Shown piece after piece: positions 58,444 to 64,000 of a DNA stretch of 64,000 nucleotides. The stretch comes from an uncultured Chloroflexia bacterium (GTDB taxonomy: Bacteria; Chloroflexota; Limnocylindria; Limnocylindrales; CSP1-4), in contig CAWFXA010000003.1 in NCBI GenBank assembly GCA_963819655.1, positions 672,001 to 736,000 of the forward strand, in the 5' to 3' direction. The stretch's first letter is position 1. Every line of letters begins with the position of its first letter. The position numbers were made by a program, and so were the translations under genes. Under the pieces are notes generated by a model. The model saw only the letters and a list, made by a program, of their open reading frames with translations. It was not told the origin of the DNA and did not search any database.

Positions 58444-61400
58444 CCGAGCCTCCGCAGCGCGATCGTCACGGAACCCGCGTCAAGCGCGACCGTCGCCGTC
58501 GGCGTGCCGGGCGGCGGCTCGCCTGCGCGCAGCTCGGCAAGCGTGTCTGCGGCGATCGCCGGCAGGTGGCCGGCGACGGCAGCCGGCAGGCCCTCGACCC
58601 ACAGCTCGATCACGTCGTCCAGCTCGAGACCCGCCTCACGGCGCAGGTCCTGCACCGCCCGCGCGAGCTCTCGGGCGTCGCCTTCGGCGCGCAGCTCGTC
58701 GGTCAGGGCGGTGTCGAGGACCATCACGAGCCCATCATCCTCCGCCACGGCCGTGCCTGGTCGCGGCGTCGCCTGGATCTCGACCTCGTCGGCTGCCAGG
58801 GTCTCACCGGCGAGCGTCACCGACCCATCGTCGTGGAACGTCGCGGACCCGTCGCGAGCGGCGGCCATGACCGCCGGGATGGCTGCACCGAGTCGCTTAC
58901 CGACCTTGGGAAGCAGGACCTTGACCCGACGATCCACCAGGTCGGAGCCGTCGATGATCGGCTCGACCTCCTTCACGTTGATCTCCGACGCGACGATGTC
59001 GAGCAGGTCCGGAGACAGCGCCCCGTCGCCGCTGGGTGCGGCGACCCACGCCCGGGCCAGCGGCTGACGGGTCTTGAGTCGATTCGCGCTTCGGAGGGTG
59101 CGCGCCAGGTCGACCGCCCGCCGCGCGACGTCCATCGAGGCCTCGAGGTCGCGGTCGCGGTCCGCGACGAGCTCCCCGGTCGGGAACCGGGTCAGATGGA
59201 CGCTGTCCGGGGCCGCGTCGTCGACGTTGGCCACGAGATTCCCGTACATGGCGTCGGCCAGGAACGGCAGGGTCGGCGCGAGCATCCGCGTCGTCGTGAC
59301 GAGTGCGGCGTGCAACGTGGCGAACGCCGCCGACTGGTCGGCGGCGTCATCGGATCGCGAGAAGCGACGTCGGGTGAGCCGCAGGTACCAGGTCGACAGG
59401 CCGTCCAGGTACGCAGATAGCGCCCGCGTCGCGCCGAGCGCATCCACGTCGCGCAACCGCTCCTCGACGATCTCGGCGGTCCCGGCCGCGCGCGACAGGA
59501 TCCAGCGATCAAGCGCCGGGCGCTCGGCGACCGGCGGGGTCGGGTCCGACGGCTGCCAGCCAGCCAGGCGCGCGTACGTGACGAAGAACGCGTAGACGTT
59601 CCAGAGCACCAGCAGCTCGCGGCGCGCCTCGTCGGCCGCGTGCCAGCCGAACAGGATGTTCTCCTCGGGCCGCGCCTTGGCGAACATCCAGCGCATCACG
59701 TCGACGCCCATCCGCTCCGCGGCCTCGTCGAAGTCGATCGCGTTGCCCCAGCTCTTGTGCATCGGCCGACCGTCCTCGCCGAAGACGAGGGCGTAGCCGA
59801 AGATCGTGTTGAACGGCACCTGCCGCTTGAGCACCGTCGACATCGCCAGCATCGAATAGAACCAGTTGCGGAACTGGCCCGGGAAGCTCTCGGTGATGAA
59901 GTCGGCCGGGAACCACTTCGCCCAGTAGTCCGGATCCTCGCGGTAGTGGAGAGTCGAGAACGGCACGATCCCCGCGTCCAGCCACGGATTGCCGACGTCC
60001 TTGATCCGTTCCACCGGCTCGCCGCAGTTCGGGCAGGCGATCCTGACCTCGTCCACCCACGGTCGATGCGGCGTGTGACCCTCGAACCGGTCCCAACCGT
60101 CGACCGCGCGGTCCTTGAGCTCCTCGCGACCGCCGATGACCTCCACGGTGCCGCACGCGGCACAGTCGTAGATCGGCAGCGCCAGGCCCCAGTAGCGCTT
60201 CTTGCTGATCATCCAGTCGTGCATGTTCCGGAGCCAATCGAGCTCGCGCTCGTAGCCAAAGTCCGGGATCCAGCGGATCTGGTCGACGATCTCCATGATC
60301 TGGTAGCGCAGGCTGGCGTCGATCTGCTCCATCGTGAGCGTGTCGCGCGGCTGGTCGTACACCGGGCCCATGCTGATGAACCATTCGTCGACCAGCCGGA
60401 ACACGAGCGGCGTCCCGCACCGCCAACAGTGCGGGTAGCGGTGGACGTACGGCTCGACCCGGTAAAAGTGGTCCGTGTCCTTGAGGTGCTCGATGATCGG
60501 CTCGGCCACATCGCGCACGTCGCGGCTGCTCAATGACCCGAACCCCTCGAGGAAGATGCCGGACTCGTCGATCGGCGCGATGACGGGCAGTCCGAGCGCC
60601 TTGCCGAGCTGGAAGTCCTCGGCGCCGCATCCGGGCGCGATGTGGACGATGCCGGTCCCCTCGTCCTCGCCGACTTCGTCCCATGCGACGACGCGGTGCT
60701 CGTAGCCTGACTCGGCGAAGGCGGCACGCACCGCCGGCAGCTCGTCGAACGGCCCTTCGTAGCGCCAGCCGACCAGCTCGCTGCCGGGTCGCTCCTCGAT
60801 GACCTCGAACGGTCCAGTCAAGGCGGTCGTCAGCGTGCCCTTGCCGAGCCAGAACGTGTCGTCGCCCTGGCGGACGCGGACGTACCGGAGGTCGTCACCC
60901 ACGGCGGCGGCGACATTGGACGTAAGCGTCCAGGGCGTGGTCGTCCATACGAGAAGGGACTCTCCCGGCCGGTCGACGAGCGGGAACGTGACCGTCAGCC
61001 CCGGGTCCTCGCGATCCTGATACCCCTCGTTCATCTCCATCTGCGAAAGGCCGGTGCCGCAGCGCGCGCACCACGGCATCGTGTCGTGGCCCTTGTACAG
61101 CCAGCCGCGTCGGTGGCACTCCTGGAGGAACCACCAGATCAGGTCATTGTTCTCGTTGCTGAACGTGAAGTAGCTGCCCCCGGTCTCGGGCATCCCAAGC
61201 CGGCCGACGAGCATCTCCACGGTGTCGGTCACCGGGCCGTTCGGCCCTTCGATCGTGGCGATCTCGGACGGATCCGTGGCGAGCAGGTCACGCAGTCGAC
61301 GCAGCTCGTCCGGGTCGTTCCAGTCCATCCACATCCCGAGCCGGATCGACTGCTCGGTCTGGCGCGCGGCGTAGGTCAGGACGCGCTGCTTGCAAAGAGT

Positions 61401-61751
61401 GACGAACCGGTCGATGCCGTACGCCTCGATGTCACGCTTCGAGGTGAAGCCGAGGTCACGCTCGACGTTGACCTCGACCCACAACCCCTGACAGTCGAAG
61501 CCGTTCTGGTAGCGCTGGTCCTCGCCGAGCATGGCGTGGAACCGCTGGTAGAGGTCCTTGTAGGCGCGGCCCCAGGCGTGGTGGACGCCCATGGGGTTGT
61601 TGGCGGTGATGGGTCCGTCGAGAAAGCTCCAGCGCGGTCCGCCAGCGTTCTGGGATCGCAGCCGGGCGAAGGTCCGGCGTTCCTGCCACGCCTCGAGCAG
61701 TTCGTGTTCCTGGGCAACGAGATCGGGCTTCGAGGTGACGGGTCGGAACAT
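58440..61751 (-). CDS. ileS: Isoleucine-tRNA ligase, type 2
   Basis: DGPITAN, GFDCQG, WTTTPWTL, GTGIVHIAPG, YPHCWRC, DWMISKKRYWG and C-terminal EG.ARE..R.VQ.LR...GL typical of IleRS2. No C-terminal zinc finger. Confidence 0.94.
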   Translation of the reverse strand: MFRPVTSKPDLVAQEHELLEAWQERRTFARLRSQNAGGPRWSFLDGPITANNPMGVHHAWGRAYKDLYQRFHAMLGEDQRYQNGFDCQGLWVEVNVERDLGFTSKRDIEAYGIDRFVTLCKQRVLTYAARQTEQSIRLGMWMDWNDPDELRRLRDLLATDPSEIATIEGPNGPVTDTVEMLVGRLGMPETGGSYFTFSNENNDLIWWFLQECHRRGWLYKGHDTMPWCARCGTGLSQMEMNEGYQDREDPGLTVTFPLVDRPGESLLVWTTTPWTLTSNVAAAVGDDLRYVRVRQGDDTFWLGKGTLTTALTGPFEVIEERPGSELVGWRYEGPFDELPAVRAAFAESGYEHRVVAWDEVGEDEGTGIVHIAPGCGAEDFQLGKALGLPVIAPIDESGIFLEGFGSLSSRDVRDVAEPIIEHLKDTDHFYRVEPYVHRYPHCWRCGTPLVFRLVDEWFISMGPVYDQPRDTLTMEQIDASLRYQIMEIVDQIRWIPDFGYERELDWLRNMHDWMISKKRYWGLALPIYDCAACGTVEVIGGREELKDRAVDGWDRFEGHTPHRPWVDEVRIACPNCGEPVERIKDVGNPWLDAGIVPFSTLHYREDPDYWAKWFPADFITESFPGQFRNWFYSMLAMSTVLKRQVPFNTIFGYALVFGEDGRPMHKSWGNAIDFDEAAERMGVDVMRWMFAKARPEENILFGWHAADEARRELLVLWNVYAFFVTYARLAGWQPSDPTPPVAERPALDRWILSRAAGTAEIVEERLRDVDALGATRALSAYLDGLSTWYLRLTRRRFSRSDDAADQSAAFATLHAALVTTTRMLAPTLPFLADAMYGNLVANVDDAAPDSVHLTRFPTGELVADRDRDLEASMDVARRAVDLARTLRSANRLKTRQPLARAWVAAPSGDGALSPDLLDIVASEINVKEVEPIIDGSDLVDRRVKVLLPKVGKRLGAAIPAVMAAARDGSATFHDDGSVTLAGETLAADEVEIQATPRPGTAVAEDDGLVMVLDTALTDELRAEGDARELARAVQDLRREAGLELDDVIELWVEGLPAAVAGHLPAIAADTLAELRAGEPPPGTPTATVALDAGSVTIALRRLG

Positions 61752-61835
61752 GCATCTCCGGGGTGCGAGGACGACGGCAGCCAGCCGGAACCGGCCCGGG
61801 CGACCCGTCCGGCGAGTCCGAGTATCCTACCCGCG

Positions 61836-63641
61836 ATGCAGAACCCGCAGGAGGCGCGACCGCGCACCAAGTCGCCCTTCACGGCGGCGTTCCTGTCCCT
61901 CCTCTTCCCCGGTCTCGGCCACCTGTACGCCGGCGCCCCGATCCGGGCTCTGGGCTTCGCGGCCGCGCCCATCCTGCTCCTGGCGCTGAGCGCGGGGTTC
62001 GTCCTCCGGCTCGACCGCTTCGAGCTGCTGGGCGCGTTCCTCCAGCTCGTCGGCGCGATCTTCGTCTTCAACGTCATCGCCCTCGTCTACCGGCTAGTCG
62101 CGATCGTCGATGCCTATCGTGTGACCCAGTACCTCAACGCCCATGCCGCATCGGGCGACGGACGGCTCGGACGCGCGCGACTCCCGCGCGACCCACTGTC
62201 GATCGCCGGTCTCGCGGCGGTGATCCTGGTGATGGCCGGCTCGCACGTCGTCGTGGCCCGCTACGACATGCTCGCGCAGGACGCCCTCGGGAGCTGCATC
62301 TTCGTCAACCAGGCGAGCGACGCCGACTGCGAGCCCGAGTCGACACCCTCGGCGGGGCCGACCGGCCCCACCAACGACAGCCCGGAGCCGAGCACGACCG
62401 CCACGCCCGAGCCGTCGCTAGTCGGGACGCCTGTCCCGAGCGTCGAGGTCCCGCCGTGGGATGGCCGCGAGCGCCTCAACATCGTCCTGATCGGCTCAGA
62501 TGAGCAACGGGGCGGGCACAACACCGACACGCTCATCACCGTCTCGATCGATCCGGTCACAAAGCAGGTCGCGATGTTCAGCCTGCCGCGCGACACGGTC
62601 GACGTGCCGGTGCCACCTGGACCCGCCCAGCGCGTCTGGGGCCGGAGCTACCGCAGCAAGATCAACGCCTGGTTCGCGGAGAACCGGCGCAGGGCTGACT
62701 TGTGGCCAGGCAACGACCGGCAGCGTGGCTACAACTCGCTCAAGGCGATCCTCGGCGAACTGTATGACCTCAAAGTCCGCTACTTCGTGGAGGTCAACTT
62801 CGATGGCTTCAAGAAGGTCGTCGACTCCGTCGGGGGCGTGACGATCAACGTCCAGGTGCCCGTCGTCGACGACCAGTTCCCCGGAACGACCGGCCGCGCA
62901 CAACGCCTGTACATCCCGAGCGGGCTCCAGCACATGGACGGCGAGCAGGCGCTTCGCTACGCGCGGTCGCGCCACACCTCGACCGACTTCGATCGCGGCG
63001 CGCGCCAGCAGCGCGTGCTCCTGTCGCTGCGCGAACAGGCCGACCCACAGACGCTGATCCCGCGTCTGCCCGAGCTCGTCGCGGCGCTCAAGACCGCCGT
63101 CCGGACCGACATCCCGATCGATCAGCTCGACGAGCTGCTCGGACTCGCGTCGCAGGTCGATACCGCGAACATCCGGTCCTACGTCTTCGCGCCACCGCTG
63201 TACTCACGCGACACGTGCCAGGACGCCCGTGGCTGCGTCGTCATCCCGAACATCGCCCGGATCAAGCAGGCGGTGAAGAACGCGTTCACCGTCGACCCGC
63301 GTGATGAAGCCCTGCGCCAGACGCTCGCCGGCGAGGGCGCCCACGTCTGGGTGCTGAACGGCACGTCGACCACGAATCGCGGGGCGCGGCTGGCCGGCTA
63401 CCTCGAGTACCACGGCCTGGATGCCTCGGCGCCGCGCGGCAAGCCCAAGGGCTCGGTGCCAGCAAAGACGGTGATCACTGTCTACAACGGTGCCGAGACG
63501 GACCTGTCGGCCACGATCGCCTATCTCGAGGCGCTCTTCGACGTGAAGATCAAGACCGCCAACGATCCTGCGGTGGCCGCCGACGTGGTCATTACCGTCG
63601 GTCGGACGACGCCGGACCTGGAGCCGCCACCCTCCTCGTGA
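61836..63641 (+). CDS. LCP (LytR-CpsA-Psr) family protein with N-terminal TM region and LytR_C domain
   Basis: NIVLIGSD, TDTL, SLPRD, KINA, VDSVGGV, ALRYARSR...DFDR..RQQ and VLNGT. Confidence 0.92.
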   Translation: MQNPQEARPRTKSPFTAAFLSLLFPGLGHLYAGAPIRALGFAAAPILLLALSAGFVLRLDRFELLGAFLQLVGAIFVFNVIALVYRLVAIVDAYRVTQYLNAHAASGDGRLGRARLPRDPLSIAGLAAVILVMAGSHVVVARYDMLAQDALGSCIFVNQASDADCEPESTPSAGPTGPTNDSPEPSTTATPEPSLVGTPVPSVEVPPWDGRERLNIVLIGSDEQRGGHNTDTLITVSIDPVTKQVAMFSLPRDTVDVPVPPGPAQRVWGRSYRSKINAWFAENRRRADLWPGNDRQRGYNSLKAILGELYDLKVRYFVEVNFDGFKKVVDSVGGVTINVQVPVVDDQFPGTTGRAQRLYIPSGLQHMDGEQALRYARSRHTSTDFDRGARQQRVLLSLREQADPQTLIPRLPELVAALKTAVRTDIPIDQLDELLGLASQVDTANIRSYVFAPPLYSRDTCQDARGCVVIPNIARIKQAVKNAFTVDPRDEALRQTLAGEGAHVWVLNGTSTTNRGARLAGYLEYHGLDASAPRGKPKGSVPAKTVITVYNGAETDLSATIAYLEALFDVKIKTANDPAVAADVVITVGRTTPDLEPPPSS

Positions 63642-63656
63642 GCCGCCGGGCGGCGG

Positions 63657-64000
63657 CTACTCGATCGGGGTCAGCCAGTGCTGATATGCGGGGAGACGAC
63701 CCCGGACCGCGTCGAAGTACCGGTCGCGGACCAGTCGCGCGATCGGCCCGATCTCGCCGGACCCGACCGGCCGGTGGTCGACCTCGATGACCGGCGACAC
63801 CTGGACGCCCGTGCCGCACACGAAGATCTCGTCCGCCACGTAGAGCTCCGAGCGGTCGATCGAACGCTCCGCGGTCGGGATCCCTTCGTTCGTCATCAGC
63901 TCCATCAGGGCCTTGCGGGTCACGCCTTCGAGCAGGTCGTCGCTGACGGTCGGGGTGATCGCCACACCATCGCGGACCACGAAGATGTTGGCGGCGGACG
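63657..64000 (-). CDS. ilvE: Branched-chain amino acid aminotransferase (class IV), 3' part
   Basis: ANIFVV, LEGVTR, ELYVADEIFVCGTG and WLTP; runs off the window end. Confidence 0.85.
   Translation of the reverse strand, partial: SAANIFVVRDGVAITPTVSDDLLEGVTRKALMELMTNEGIPTAERSIDRSELYVADEIFVCGTGVQVSPVIEVDHRPVGSGEIGPIARLVRDRYFDAVRGRLPAYQHWLTPIE

Noticed and set aside
61752-61835. T-box riboswitch upstream of ileS
   Set aside because: The spacer is only 84 nt and has no UGGNACC T-box or terminator.

Overview
High-GC (~70% by eye) bacterial core-genome segment with about 65 genes, nearly all on the minus strand and often translationally coupled. Gene content and order suggest Chloroflexota, possibly Limnocylindria/Ellin6529-like; this is an inference. 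The window covers translation, RNA metabolism, isoprenoid/lipid and replication genes. In minus-strand order: ilvE(partial), ileS-lspA-rluD-gmk-priA, def-fmt-rlmN-rpe-dtd, asp23-fakA-recG-rsmD-coaD-DUF177-rpmF-plsX-nusB-acpP-rnc-smc-ftsY, ffh-DUF3352-rpsP-khpA-rimM-trmD-rplS-rnhB-yraN, rpsB-tsf-pyrH-frr-uppS-cdsA-dxr-rseP-ispG, nusA-ylxR-infB-rbfA-nrnA-truB-ribF, rpsO-pnp-asd-udg-rnj(partial). I found no tRNA, rRNA, CRISPR array, transposase or prophage. The standout is a chimeric PNPase carrying a complete DEDDh (DnaQ-like) 3'-5' exonuclease domain between its two RNase PH domains. Other notable points: an RNase HII lacking the GRG motif; a type-2 IleRS with GVHH/PMHKS signatures; an Rpe with an extra C-terminal domain; a RibF with a degenerate kinase module; two apparent non-canonical start codons (ATC, GTA); no fab genes in the plsX-acpP cluster; and four long imperfect intergenic palindromes. 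Starts, residue numbers and pairings were worked out by hand, and no database search was run.
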